Positions 1-12,800 of a stretch of 64,000 nt of DNA are shown piece after piece (positions within the stretch are counted from its first letter, which is position 1; every line of letters begins with the position of its first letter). The stretch is from Takakia lepidozioides (taxonomy: Eukaryota > Plantae > Bryophyta): the NCBI GenBank assembly GCA_030704615.1, contig CM060731.1, positions 62,558,001-62,622,000 on the forward strand. Reading direction: 5' to 3'. The notes under the pieces are model-generated. The model was not told the DNA's origin, made no database searches, and saw only the letters and a list, made by a program, of their open reading frames with translations. A program made the position numbers and the translations under genes.

Positions 1-1799
1 CTACCAATGTCAGCCCCTGACAGAGGTAGGTTCTGTCCCTTTTGTTCCCGCTCAAACTGGGCGCGGGGTCAATGGCCACAAGGCTACGGCAAACAACGTC
101 TTATGAGTACAATCTCTTCTGCCAGGACTTAGCCTGTTTGACAGGGCGGTCCTGTTTCCAAGATATAGAGTCGATTAACTTAGGATATCTGGTGTGTCCA
201 AAGAGTGAGTACTAAAGCAAGAAATGTTATCTTACACAAGGAATACCTGTTACGTATGAGAGTGATCAGTCTGATGGGGACACATCAATCACAATCTTTG
301 AGACGGATATTCTGGGTTCTTTTATCTGTATGCAACTAACTGCTTACATGCCTAATTTCAGTCACAACAACCGAGGTGGCTGGGTCTGGGTCTACAATGC
401 CCACTTTTCTAGTGTATCTCAGAGTCCTTGCTCTATTGAAGCTTTTACCAAAGTGCTTCAATAAACCTGTTTTGAAGTACATGGATCACTTCTTCACACT
501 ATCTGGTGGCTTAAGAAAATCCGCCGCACAGCTTTATAGAAGCCCCAAGTGAAGGGCACCCTCCTTTGTTTTTATAGCAAAGATCCATCTGGTGCTTGAA
601 AAAGAAATACTGATAATCAACCAGTCTCTCTCAGTGATTCATGGTCTACTGGTGTGAGCTGTGAGGTCTAAATGGTCCGCAATCCGGCACATTAGTCATC
701 AGGTGATCACAAGCGCATGTGCCTTCGATCAGAAACGAAGAAACAAAGGTGCAAAATGGCACCGGAGACACAAGCACAGGACAAGACACAGACTGGGAGA
801 CACAAATGCACACATGTGAAGCATCTCTGGCTTAAAGAGATCTAATGAACCCCACTTCCGGCCCAAAGGCACGAAGAACCGCAAGCCAGTGTGAGAATGT
901 TGTGCACAATCTCTCATCGTTTAGAATAAGATGAATTGATTAATGAAGAATACTTTATCCAGTGATGGCATCTGTCGGCTGCAACAACGTGGACTAGAAT
1001 TTCGAGCAGAGTGTGTCACAATGCTGGGCCCAAGATCGATCTAGCCACAATCCGACACAGATCTCGCAGTGATTGCGCGGCCATTCACTGCAGAGCGACA
1101 GGCAACCTCGCATCTATATCTCCATAGCTATGGCTAGAGATAGAGATTCTACAATTTCCGTAACCAGGACAGATCGCATAAAAACAACGTAGCACTAGAG
1201 AGACACGCCTGATCAGTATATATACCTCTGGTATCATAAAACACGGGGCGAAGGAAATGACGTGATGTTCCATCTCCACTTCTCTAAGGGGGCAAGCTGG
1301 GCAAATCCAATCCTCATGGAGCAGTCTGCCTGTCTCAATCTGGGGATTGTGCGAGCCACTCTGGTGAGCAATGCGGGGGAGCATGGTGGACAAGAATCTA
1401 TCCAAGGGCCAGTTTGATCAGGTACAATGGCTGGTGCTTCTGTCCCTGCCATTGGATGGGAAGAAGATATCTTTGGTTGCCAGTGCTGCCTTTCGTGCTG
1501 GGGCCATCCTTCAGCAGTCTGTTATTTAAATCGGCATGTTTTTGCTCGGCATCATGCAGCCTAAGTAACTCTTTGGGCTTTTGGTTGAGGATTTGGCTCG
1601 TGTTTACAGAGAGCCTGAGAGGCTTTGGCTTCCTGTTTTAGCAGGGCTTGTGCCTTTCTTTAGACCTGTTTGGTGCACTTGCAGGTTCTTGACTTTGGCG
1701 TTACTTGCTTTTTCTGCTGCTTGCCTTATAAGGCTCTAGGTTTGGCTGAGGTTGTCCAATATCTTGATCTGGATCTTGCGCCTTCCCTCTAGTACAGAG

Positions 1800-2395
1800 A
1801 GATAAAGAGACACGCCTTGATCCACCAAAATGGACATGGGACTGACCCACGTCGTCCATGAGACCACATCTCGTTTAGCCATTCTGGTGAACACTTGATG
1901 CGCATCCCTTATGCTACGGCAATGTCAACAAGGGTATTCTCCACAATAATGTCTGGCACCAAACACACTTTCAGCATGTCACATGTACCTGCTTGCCCTT
2001 TTCCAATGCTCTTAGCCCAGCACATGCATTCAGAACACAAATGAACGCAACCCTGTCAGGCGTCAACCCTTCCCGTTGCATTTGCCCGTAGAGTTCAAGA
2101 GCCTCTTCACCATGAGCCTGCTGAGCATATCCTGCAATCATTACACTCCATGAGACCACATCTCGTTTTACCATTCTGTCAAACACTTTCCCTGCATCCT
2201 TCATGCTGCCGCATTTGGCATACATGTGAACAAGACTATTTTCCAAAATAATGTCTGATGACACTTTCAAACTGTCAGCATGGACCCACTTGCCCTTCTC
2301 CAAGGCCCCCAGGCTGGTACATGCATTTAGAATGGTACTGTAAGTCACTGCATCAGGTGTCACCCCTTCCTGTTGCATTTGGTCATAGAGTTTAA
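1800..2395 (-). pseudogene. PLS-class pentatricopeptide repeat (PPR) gene fragment
   Basis: ORF 1971..2378 has P/L/S motifs (MQQEGVTPDAVTYSTILNAC, NSLVHMYAKCGSMKDAGKVFDRM, DVVSWSVMIAGYAQ). Similarity continues with frameshifts to ~1800 and stops abruptly upstream at TTAA 2392-2395. Confidence 0.9.
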
Positions 2396-2544
2396 CCCTT
2401 CAAGGACGAGCCTGTTTTTGGTGCTTCACAGTAGAATATTACAATATACAAAGTCAAGCAAACTCACTATCACTGATTTACAGTCAAACCATATACTAAA
2501 CATCATGGAACATAGTCAATATGTTCCACTTCAGTAAACCACTT

Positions 2545-2690
2545 TACTACACGTCATGCATCCACGTCACTCTGCCCTTAAGCCACTCACTACACGTCAT
2601 GCATCCACCTTATAATTCAGTTAAACCACTTTACTACACGTCATAGCCACGTCGCATCCACGTCATACTGTGCTACCTACACGTCACCCC
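2545..2690. repeat. Cluster of CACGTC(A) / ACTACACGTCAT motifs
   Basis: About 7 copies of CACGTC(A) within ~150 bp, with short direct repeats such as ACTACACGTCATGCATCCAC x2. Confidence 0.7.
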
Positions 2691-2869
2691 CTAGGTTTTA
2701 CTGTCACATTTCACTGTCAGAACCTGGCATCTGGATTCGACTGCTTGACTGAAACGACTTGACCTTTGTCACGCATGTTCGACTATGGAGGCTGGGAGTA
2801 AAAATGTCGCAAATGACTCAAAAATAAGTCAAATACAGAGTCGAAAAGCCCAGCTTGTATTGTAATGCG

Positions 2870-4971
2870 CAGCAGCTTCTGCAAGTAGCAGTGGAACAAG
2901 TGGATCAGGAGCTAGGACATCCACTCCAGCTCCCGCCGCAACACCAACACCTGTACTGCCTGCCTTCAATCCGGTTGTGGAGTTTTTCCAAGAGTTGAGA
3001 AGGAACTACCAGGGGGTGAAGACAGAGAAGTTGCGGAGCTTACAAGAGTTCCAATGCAAACCTACTGAGAGTTTGAGGGAGGATTAGACTCACATGAGGC
3101 GCTTGATAAGTGTAACCCAATGGGTTACGGAAGCTCAGGCAGTCCAATTCTGGTATGGGATATTGGACAAGGAGCCGAGGAGAAGGGTGCGGGATGCAAC
3201 TCTTCTACAAGTGGCCCAACCCACCCTAACAAATGTGTTTTTGTTAGCCGAGCGGATAGAGCTCAACATGGTAGAGGAGCGGGTGGTTATGGTGGGGTTT
3301 GGAAAGGAGACACAACGAAGTGGGGCTCCTAGCCAACAACAACCAACTCCCCAACGTGCTCAAGGCAATAAGGGGGCTCAAATAGCGCCTAGGGAAGGTT
3401 AGAGAGGATCTAGATGCAAATGTCTCTTCCTTCATTCTCAAGCCAGCAACAGACAAGTTTGTCATGTTGGGATTGTGGAGGACCCCATGTCAAGAAAGAT
3501 TTCCCGGAGAGAGGCAAAGGGCCGACAGAGGCACAGCCTACACAATTACAGTGTGGGCATTGTGGCAAGTATGGGCATGAAGAGGCCCATTGTTATGATT
3601 TGCATTCTGAGCTACGGCCAGGCCAATTCCAAGGGAACAATAGTGGCCGAGGACGAGGCAATGTGGTCCAGAGAGGTAGAGGAGACAAAGGTCGTGGTGG
3701 AGGTCGTAACCAAAACCAAGGAGCACAGGGTCACGGTCAAGGACATGACCAAGGCATTGTGGATAGGCTTGCCCAGCTAGAGCAACGTCTTGCTGCCATG
3801 GCCACTACTCATGTTGCGCCAGCTCCAAGGCCTGAGGTTCAAGCTCCACCTACACAACCTCCTATGCCTAGGGAAGACCAGATTGGTATGGGCTTCATGT
3901 GTGGAGCCGCACTTGCAGGACCATTGCATATGGACTCTACAGCTGCTGTTACTCGAGCAGCAACTCGTGCTGCTGAGCCAAGGTGAGCGGATATCGATTT
4001 TGATCCATTCTCAGGGGTGGTGGCTTGGGGTAGTAAGCTCTTGGAGGGCAATAGCCATACAGAAGATAGGCCACCATCTGATGAGGACAAACAATTGGTA
4101 TACAAGGCTGAGTTGCTTCCTCATGTGCCTGTGCATGTTCCACTGTGGGGTACGGTTGGGAATTTTGCAGCGAGTGGCAGACGAGTGTGTGCACCAAGCA
4201 TGGCAGGAGACTTTTCCATTGATGAGTGAGGGGAGTTCAGTGATATCACCTGGACCTCCTCAGTTAGCTCCTTTGGACACAGTGCCCATTACCTGACAAC
4301 CACCTGACTCAGGGATTTGTTTGCTAGACCTATTTAGAGGCATGAGCACTGGGCTTGCAGGAGTGTTGCAAGCAGGGATTAAAGTACGCAAGTACTTGTA
4401 TATGGAGAATGATGAGATTGCTCGGCGTATTTCCATACGCCATGTTGCCTTACTTACACGTCATTATCCTAAGTTGTTGCCTCTCTCAGCAATTCAAGGG
4501 TACCAAAAGGCCTTGTCAGCAGACATTACCTTGTTGGGGGCGGATGATTTGGACCAACATGAGGCCATTGAATTGGTGATAGCCGGATGGCCTTGCCAGA
4601 CATTCTCCCGCAGGTCATGGTAATGGTTTGCATGATGCACGATCACATCTGTTTTTGGAGATGTTGCAAGTGTTGCGTTATTTGTAGGTGAGGCAAGTGC
4701 AACCTCCAGCTTACATCCTGGAGAATGTTCCTCTTATGGGGGATTTTCGGGCCAAGGTTATGGCCAGTGTGCATCAGATCCGGCCATGGATTGGACCAGC
4801 TGTATTGTTGGATGCAGCTGCAGTGGGTTCACGGGCACATAGGCCTAGGTTGTGGTGGACCAATCTTGCACCACCAGAGTTGCTCAAGAGAGCATATGAT
4901 TCCATTCATTAGCCACCCAACCTCACGGTTGAGGGCATTTTTGACCAAGGGAGGCAACCACAGAGAGTGCG
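2870..4971 (+). mobile_element. Decayed, internally deleted copy of family B (methyltransferase-bearing Gypsy-like element): gag plus C5-MTase remnant
   Basis: Translations match the element at 19179-22975 (AQAVQFWYGILDKE, CWDCGGPHVKKD, CGHCGKYGHEEAHC, PGPPQLAPLDT). Multiple stops and frameshifts; the protease region is deleted. Confidence 0.9.
4315..4971 (+). pseudogene. C5-cytosine DNA methyltransferase domain remnant in the decayed family B copy
   Basis: Motif I LLDLFRGMSTG, motif IV ELVIAGWPCQ, motif VI YILENV and motif VIII AHRPRLWW in ORFs 4321..4623 and 4688..4912. Confidence 0.85.
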
Positions 4972-5261
4972 AGAATCGACGACCTTTTCGATCGGTTGGC
5001 AGGAGCGAAGTGTTTCAGCCAGATTGACTCGGAAAGCGACCAAGGAGTGGGGAGCTATTCCGGACTGCCATCCACCAAAGGGAATTTCCACTAGACCCAA
5101 ATTGGTGGAGGGTCTGTTGGGGGAAGAAAGAGGGACCGTTATGTCCTGGTGAGCAGCCGAAGTTCTGAGTTGGCCCGGCGGCCAAGTTGGGAGTTAGGCG
5201 CGCGCATAAAAGCGAGTAACTATGATTTGAAGGGGAGCTTACCGAAGTGAGGTGTGCGACA
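4972..5261 (+). mobile_element. Gypsy family C remnant: short RT fragment fused to the 3' part of an LTR
   Basis: 4972-5028 translates RIDDLFDRLAGAKCFSQID. 5030-5261 closely matches 52961-53191 and ends in GTGCGACA. Confidence 0.8.
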
Positions 5262-6791
5262 AAGCACCACCCACCTTGGATCAAGCCTTGGATGAAGCAC
5301 TAAATCAACCACCATCCACTTTAGCACTACTAAGTTAATATCACGGTCTAAAACTGTTATATCCAACAGGTGAAGATAAAGGTATCTGGTATCCTTCGAC
5401 TCATTATAAGATAAGCATAATATCACCTTGAGAGCCTCACAACATCTTTCTTCTCAGTCAGCGTCAATGTAGTTGTGAGAGATAATTGTTTTTTCGTGAA
5501 GTAACTCGTCATGGCAACTGTAGAGAGCGGCCTTTGCTTGTTGTAGATGATCTGGATACGAGCATTAGCGATGCAGCATTTCAGGGTCATGTTTTGTGTC
5601 GTTACGACAACTGTTACAAAATCCTCAAGTGCATCTTTATATTTGCATTGTGATGTTACACACATCTATGGGTTTACTACAGTGACCATCACAGTCTCTG
5701 GTTCTCTTGTGCAGACTCACTCCATCAAGCTTACACCAGGAGCTTTTCATACGATCGGAGAACTTTTCAGTCCGTAATAAGCACAAATTCGAGGGGACTT
5801 GGATGTCGTGGTCAAGATAAGCTCAGCCACCAAGGTCGAGATCATCGCTCCATTCATTTCATTTTCTCTTTACTTTCTCGTTAGTGATACTATTGTGACC
5901 TTCGCCAAAAATGTGCATGAAAAATTCGCTACGGCTACTATTGCGGTGGTGGTCATCGTCGTACGCGGAGAAGTCGACAACAAATTTGAGCTTATCATTG
6001 CGGATGGAAACATACAGTATGATATCCAGATAATTATTGTTCTATGTGCTTTAACTTGTAAAAGCTACCAATGATCATGCCAATCTTTTGTGACTAGATA
6101 AAAATATTTTCTGATCCATTATTTGTATACTTTTAAGATTTCTCTGGATCCCTCAGTTATTTCTCACAATTCTTCAATTCAAATTTGTCAATATTTCCCT
6201 CAGTCTCTCAATCCTTACTTATATCGGTTTAAATTTATTTTGTTGCCTCGGTTATTTATTCAGACCCTTTACTATTATAGTTTCTTTCGGTTCCTCAGTA
6301 ATATCTCGCAATTTCTCCGACAGAAAATCCCAATTATACTAATTTTAATTTATTTTGGTTTTTAAATCATGTTTATCTACTCTGTATAGCGATGTTTGTT
6401 TGGTTTGTTTTAGATTCCAATCAAATTTTGATCATATTGTATTCTATACATTTTAATTTAAATAATGATCAACACAATAAATCTATTTTGTATTATCTTT
6501 CTGATTTTCATGTAATTTAATAGTGTGTCGTTGAGAAGTAATATCAGTAGTGGAAGTTACTAAATGAGTATTTGATTTTGAAAATCAAGACTATTCTCTC
6601 TTAGCTTGTACAATTCCAACTGCTGTTGTAAAGCCTCCATGCGCTTCGCCTGAGGTTCAACCAATTGCGCATAAAGCAGCAAGTAGATTATTGGCTTCCT
6701 TCCAAGCCTTGTTATTGACCGCGATTTCATTTCTATTGGCCATGATGGTTTGTTGCAACTCCACGATGTGCTTCTCTTGATCAGCTTCAAT

Positions 6792-8639
6792 CTACCTGTA
6801 TTGCTTGAAAGTATCTTCATTGCGACAGATTGTATTCTTCATATCGACAATGAGCTTCATTTGCTCAACATTCTCTTCTTCTGCCTTTGTACATTTTTCC
6901 GCTTGACTGTTTATTTCTTTTGTAGATTGGTCAAGCATAGTTGTGAATGTAGCACATTGTATCGTCATCCTGTCATGCACTGTCTGCAACTCCGTATGTA
7001 GTGCATTCACTTCTTGCAACTTGCTTTCATGCTGCACCTGCATTTGGTATAGCTGTTGCTTATGTGCTTCGTGCAACTGGTCTTGCGCGAGGCCTGCCTC
7101 AATCAATTGTTCCTTGGCCAATTGCAAAGCCACTTCTGTATTTCCCAAGTCCTGCTGCATCTTGAGAGTGACCTCTTCATCGACCTTGTTTGCACACTCA
7201 GTGGCTAGTCGAGCCTCAAACTCCTTCCTGAGTTCCTCTCTCAAGGCTGTCAATTGGGTAATTGGAACATGGGATTTGACATAAGTCCCCAACAAATTAA
7301 GTGTCATGCCTATGGAACTCATCAGCATTGCCTGTTGAGGGTCATCATGGTGAGGTTGCTGCTGTTCCTCCTGATCCTTAACAGTGTGATCTCTCACGAA
7401 CCACTCAGGCCATTGTCCCACCGGATTTTCTTCCTGAACCACTTCATCTATCACCGGTGCTACAGTGTCATGACCTTCCGCCTGTGGTACCTCCGACACA
7501 GGTGTGTGTATTATATGCACCTCAGGATTTCCCTTGGGCAACTGTTGCACCTCTGGAATCTCTGTCTCCTTGACCAGACCAGAATATTCATAGAGAAGGT
7601 CCCCCTTCTCCATTTCTGCCACTATCTGTTCTGTAGTTGGAATATCTAACCCTTCTCTTTCCAAATCAATTATTTCTGGTTGAACTGCATGGACAACTTG
7701 TGACCTTGTGACAAGTCGATCAGCTGGCTGTAATGGTTGTGATACAGAAGTAACTTCCTCATCCCTCTCTGAAGGTCCTGCTTCCAGTAATAGCATTTCT
7801 CTGTGCTGCTGTGCCCCTTCCTGGCCATGAGCTTGGGAAACATTATCATGCGGAATCCGTGAAGCCAGTGGATCCGCCACTACAGTCTTTCCCCGTCTCT
7901 GCCTCTTAGTCTCGGGTTGCCCTGCTAGTCCACCCTCACTGTGTGAAGAGCCTTGCTCTTCCATTGCAGTTGTTTCTGGCTCAAACACTCCCATTTCCTT
8001 TCTTTCTTGCGCATCAAGTATGCCAGAATCAAGGATTATTTGAGCAATGATTGGGCCAGACACTATGATAGGAGACTTTGCGGTAGTACCTTGTAATCTT
8101 TTCATCTCCTCTACCAGTGCGTTGTACATTATGTCCGCCCATTGTACCTCTTGTCCCTTCAGGCCTTTGAGTATTTCCTCCGTGAAGGATCTGCTCAAAT
8201 ACTGTTGGTTCTGTTTCATGGCAATCAGAACGTTCAATACCTGGCCTACCTCTTTTAGCCCTGGGTACACAGCCTTGGTACAAGCATAACCCTGAGTTTT
8301 AAAGAAACTCCCTTCTTGGAATAAGTCCCCTATTTGCAGTCTTGCCCTGTGTTCCTCCACATGCACCTGACCTGCTGGCAATCGAAACAATTGCTGGAGG
8401 TATAGGGGAGTAATCATCAATTCAACTCCCTTCACCGTTGTTGTTCCTGCCCTTGGCTCAAAGTTCTGCAAAAATTGTAACATGTATTGTCTATGGTGTA
8501 ATGTCCAATCTAGGCTTTGCAATCCTTGCAATCTCAGCTCCTCCAGTAACTGTATCGCCTGTGGGGTAGCAATTGTTTGTTTCTGCAGAATTGTGGTGCT
8601 CTTCACCCTGATTTCCTCCATTCCTCTCACTCTCTTCAT
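6792..8639 (-). CDS. Extra ORF downstream of pol in family A (615 aa): plant-transposon/PMD-like N-terminus, acidic linker, coiled-coil C-terminus
   Basis: Long open ORF on the same strand as pol, homologous to the disrupted ORFs at 34648-36950. The domain assignment is by eye only. Confidence 0.7.
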   Translation of the reverse strand: MKRVRGMEEIRVKSTTILQKQTIATPQAIQLLEELRLQGLQSLDWTLHHRQYMLQFLQNFEPRAGTTTVKGVELMITPLYLQQLFRLPAGQVHVEEHRARLQIGDLFQEGSFFKTQGYACTKAVYPGLKEVGQVLNVLIAMKQNQQYLSRSFTEEILKGLKGQEVQWADIMYNALVEEMKRLQGTTAKSPIIVSGPIIAQIILDSGILDAQERKEMGVFEPETTAMEEQGSSHSEGGLAGQPETKRQRRGKTVVADPLASRIPHDNVSQAHGQEGAQQHREMLLLEAGPSERDEEVTSVSQPLQPADRLVTRSQVVHAVQPEIIDLEREGLDIPTTEQIVAEMEKGDLLYEYSGLVKETEIPEVQQLPKGNPEVHIIHTPVSEVPQAEGHDTVAPVIDEVVQEENPVGQWPEWFVRDHTVKDQEEQQQPHHDDPQQAMLMSSIGMTLNLLGTYVKSHVPITQLTALREELRKEFEARLATECANKVDEEVTLKMQQDLGNTEVALQLAKEQLIEAGLAQDQLHEAHKQQLYQMQVQHESKLQEVNALHTELQTVHDRMTIQCATFTTMLDQSTKEINSQAEKCTKAEEENVEQMKLIVDMKNTICRNEDTFKQYR

Positions 8640-8663
8640 TTTAGACTCACAGAACTGTTTTGG

Positions 8664-9830
8664 CTATAACAACTGCAGGAATGCCTGTAGTGCACAAAGC
8701 ATAAACGTATGGTTGCCGCAGAAAGCTATGGGTAATTTCTTGTAAGCCTGCGGGGCTTGCAAGCATCGCTCAAGAGAAAAGCTCCGCTCTGTCCTTTCGT
8801 GTCTATGCCACTGCGTAAGTAATATTGCGAGCGTATAGTCTGTTAGTTCCTCCATAGTTTCCAAGCTATAGCATTGATGGTCTGTCCCGTCGAGACGCCC
8901 GTTACTCAGAACGACGCCGCCTCTTGCGCTCAATTTCCCTCCATTTTCTTGATCCTTTCTCTGGTTTTCTATTGGCTGTATCCGCTGTGACTGGATTTTA
9001 GATTTTATTTTCTTTAGTGGACTTTCCCTGTTGGATAGTCCACTAGGATCACACATGTGACAAGAATTCCGCTTTTCTGTACTTGCCGTTCGTTCCGTTT
9101 CCCTTTTTCCGTATTCATTAATGGGCCCGCCTTTCATCCCTTTTGACGGTCGTTCTTGTCCTCTTTCTTTTTGACACCTGTTCTTGCACTTCGTTCTCGG
9201 CTGTGTGTCGCGCCCTGACCTCCACGTGTCTATTTTTAAAGTAATTTCCGTTTTCTCTTCCGTCAGCCATTTTCCTGAAGTTATTATGCGTCCACCTGTC
9301 ACTGATTCTATGGATTGTGTAACTTTAGTAGGTTGTGTTGAGCTGTGACAGGCTGTGTCATACTGTGTTACGCTGTGATAGGCTGTGATGCACTGTGGTA
9401 AGCTGTGATAGGTTGTGACACGCTGTGGTAGGTTGTGATAGGCTGTGTTACGCCGTGCTGGGCTGTGATAGGCTGTGTCACGTCGTGATGGGCTGTGATA
9501 GGCTGTGTCACGTCTGTTTTGCCCGCCCTGGTCATATATGCTGGGCCTAGCGACAAGTGCTCCATACTCTGTTCGTAACACTGGTGCAGCCCGTGACTGC
9601 TCTTGCGGTTCAACATGCAAATCATGCTGCAAGGGTTTGTCATGGATACCACTGTACCCCTTCAACTTATTGGCATTAACTCTTCCCAGCATTTCTTTGT
9701 TAATGGTTTGTAACATGGCGGTGTTGTTATCATACATCTTTTGTATGACATAAGGTCCTTTCCATGGTGATTTAAGCTTAGAAGCTTGAATCTTTCCTTT
9801 CTTTTGCAACCATAGAACCAAATCCCCCAT
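8664..9830 (-). CDS. Integrase C-terminal GPY region of family A with a long repeat-containing extension
   Basis: GDLVLW...KLKSPWKGPYVI...VNANKLKGY, then translated decamer repeats (TAYHS) and a degenerate zinc knuckle. Separated from 9861..10613 by an in-frame stop. Confidence 0.8.
   Translation of the reverse strand: MGDLVLWLQKKGKIQASKLKSPWKGPYVIQKMYDNNTAMLQTINKEMLGRVNANKLKGYSGIHDKPLQHDLHVEPQEQSRAAPVLRTEYGALVARPSIYDQGGQNRRDTAYHSPSRRDTAYHSPARRNTAYHNLPQRVTTYHSLPQCITAYHSVTQYDTACHSSTQPTKVTQSIESVTGGRIITSGKWLTEEKTEITLKIDTWRSGRDTQPRTKCKNRCQKERGQERPSKGMKGGPINEYGKRETERTASTEKRNSCHMCDPSGLSNRESPLKKIKSKIQSQRIQPIENQRKDQENGGKLSARGGVVLSNGRLDGTDHQCYSLETMEELTDYTLAILLTQWHRHERTERSFSLERCLQAPQAYKKLPIAFCGNHTFMLCALQAFLQLL
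9340..9512. repeat. GGCTGTGA-type decamer tandem array inside family A
   Basis: Repeats of (G/A)GCTGTG(A/T)(T/C)A. The equivalent array in the second copy is at ~37120-37260. Confidence 0.85.
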
Positions 9831-9860
9831 CTTAAAAGTCTTTAACTTGCCTTCATCAAA

Positions 9861-12800
9861 CTATTCCTTTCGCTTCATCTGAATTCTGGTCATATTATCA
9901 GCTGCATCAGCACGTACTTCTTCCACATGGTATAATTCATGTTTCCTGACCTTGATGGAGTCTTGCAATTCCATTCTTTTTCCCCACTCCGTTCTCATGG
10001 TAGGTAATAGGAATTCCACTGGAAGTAAGGCTTCCATACCATAAACTAATTGGAATGGTGTATACTTAGTGGTGACTTTATATGAAGTCCTGTATGACCA
10101 CAAAGCTGTCAGCAGCTTTGTATCCCAATCCGTTCTGTTTGCATTGACTATCTTAGCCAAGATAGTACATAGTATTTTGTTGGTAGCCTCTGCCTGCCCA
10201 TTACCCTGTGGGTAATATGTTGTACTCTTTCTATGCACAATCATAAACTCTTTAGTCAACAACTCAATGGTCTCATTCATGAAGTGACTTCCCTGATCAC
10301 TGATAAATTCTAAGGGACAGCCAAATCGTGTAAGTATGTTCTCGTACTGGAACCTTGTTGTGGACTTGGCTGTGTTGTCCCTCAAAGCTTTAGCTTCCAC
10401 CCACTTTGTAGTATAATCAGTGGCTGTGATTATGTACCTGTTTCGTGTATTCTTGGATGGTGGGTTAATTGGTCCAACAAAGTCTAGTCCCCATTTTTGA
10501 AATGGTTCCGTAGGCATTGTAGGATGCAAGGCCATCCTTCCAGATCTCTGCAAAGGTCCTAGCCTCTGACATTCATCACACTTCTGACAATACTCGTGTA
10601 CATCTTTGAACAAAGTAGGCCACCAGTATCCTGCGAGTAATATCTTTCTACTGGTAGTCTCTTATCCAAAATGACCTCCAGCCACTCCTTTATGAACTTC
10701 CGCCAAAACTTTATTTACTTCCTGGTGGTACAAGCATCGTTTTAGTACTCCATCAGGTCCTAACTTATACATTCTGCTTCCTACCATAGTATAAGGTAAA
10801 GCTTTGATAGCGATTCTCTTCCTCTGCTCCTTACCATAACTAGGTGGGCACTGACCATGAGCAAGGTAGTATCTGATTGGCCACTGCCAATCTAACCAGT
10901 CATCTGCACTTCCCTGCACCTCCACTGCAAGAGACTCGCATCTGGTAATTGATCATCTATTCCTGTGGCTGGTTCTCCTGTTGACAATCGTGACAAATGA
11001 TCCGCCACAAGATGCAGTCTCCCAGGCTTGTAAACAACCTCGAACTCAAACTCGTGCAAGATTATCAACCATCTTGCTATTCTTCCGCTTATCAAAGGTT
11101 TGTTTACCAGGTATATCAGAGCCTGGTGATCCACATAGAACATAAACTTCTTGCCCAACAGGTAATGCCTGAATTTCTTCACTGTATAGATCATTGCCAA
11201 TGCTTCTCTTTCCGTTGTGCTATAGTTCCTTTCAGCACTATTCATCAACCGGCTAGCATAGTACACAAGTGAATCTATATTCCCTGTAACATTCTGGGCT
11301 AACACCGCTCCCAGCGCTTCTCCTGATGCATCGTAGTGAACATGGAATACTACATGCCAGTGAGGGTTAATCAGCATAGGTGTAGTTGTTACTGACAGTG
11401 TAAGTTCCTCAAATGCCTGTTGACATTCAGCTGTCCAGGCAAACACTGCATCTTTCTTCAGTAGTTTGCTCAATGGTGCTGCTATTTGTGCATACCTTTT
11501 GACAAATCTCCTGTAATAACTGGTTTGCCCAAGGAATCTCCGTAGACTTTTAACATTCACTGGTGGTGGAGAGGCTTTAATGGACTCTGTCTTTCTGGGA
11601 TCCACAAGGAGTCCCTTCTTACACACAATGTGTCCCAGAAGCACCCCTGAGTTCACACAGAAAGTACACTTCTCTGGATTCAGGCCCAGACCTCTCATCC
11701 TGCATCTGGCCAAACATAACTCCAATTTATGCAAGTGCTCACTCTTAGAGCTGTACACACTGAAATCATCCAAGAATACCTGCATGAAATCATCCAGATA
11801 CTCATGAAAAGATTCACTTATCACTCTCTGAAAGGTCGTTGGTGCATTACAAAGTCCAAAGGGCATGACTTTGTATGCATAAGCCCCCCAGTCTGTGATG
11901 AAAGCTGTTTTCCCTTGGTCTTCTTCTGCCACTTGCACTTGATTATAACCACTGAAGCCATCCATGAATGAGTACATCTCATGGCCTACCACAATGTCTA
12001 ATACTGCTTCTGTGAATGGCAAAGGGAAAGGATCTTTTTTCGTACAAGCATTCAGCTTCTTATAGTTCACACATACTCTTAATTTGCCATTCTTCTTGGG
12101 AACTATAACAATGGGTGACAACCAAGTTGTATACTCTATTGGGTATATAAACTTAGCCTCAGCCAACTTCTTTATCTCTTCTCCAACCTTCTGTGCGTAG
12201 TTGGGATTCATTCTATACCTCGCCTGCTTGATTAGTACTGACCCTGGCTCCAGTTCAATCTTATGCTGACAGACTTCAGGTGGTATCCCTTTTAGATCCT
12301 CATAGCTCCAAGCAAATACATCTCTGTATTTGATGAACAAGCTTTTAGCTTCTTCGAAGAATTCCGGCTCCAAATCAGCTCCTACTTTCACCATCCTTGG
12401 TTCCTCTTTAGTTCCCACATTTACTTCCCTCACCTGCTCATCAGCTGTGATTGTCCAACCAGTCACCACTTCATCCTGTAAGCTCACAGTGGCTGGTTCT
12501 TCTAGGATTTCTATTTCTCCTTCTCTTTCTTCATAGAAATGTGATGGGTAATTGATGGTTTCCTCTTCAGTTGGTGTTGCTGTCACTACACCACAGTAGA
12601 TACCTCTCAAACAACTTAGGCTTTCCAGCCGCATCTCTGCAACCTGCTTCCACTCTGGGTGTGCAGCAAATAGGGTAGCTTCCTGCTCCTCATCCAGTCC
12701 TCCTTTCCAGTCATACTCTCTGACTCCCCGAGGTCTTCTTGTAGCAGGTAACCTACTAGATTTCTTTGTGGTAATTTGTATCTCGTGTATCCCATTATGC

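Noticed and set aside
1-1800. Short ORFs and a repeated AGAGACACGCC(T)TGATC motif (~1200, ~1806)
   Set aside because: No recognisable domain or element boundary. This is probably decayed repeat DNA but I cannot support a call.
5262-6560. Short ORFs, an AT-rich tract and a possible 3' LTR of family A
   Set aside because: No match to the family A LTR and no protein motifs.
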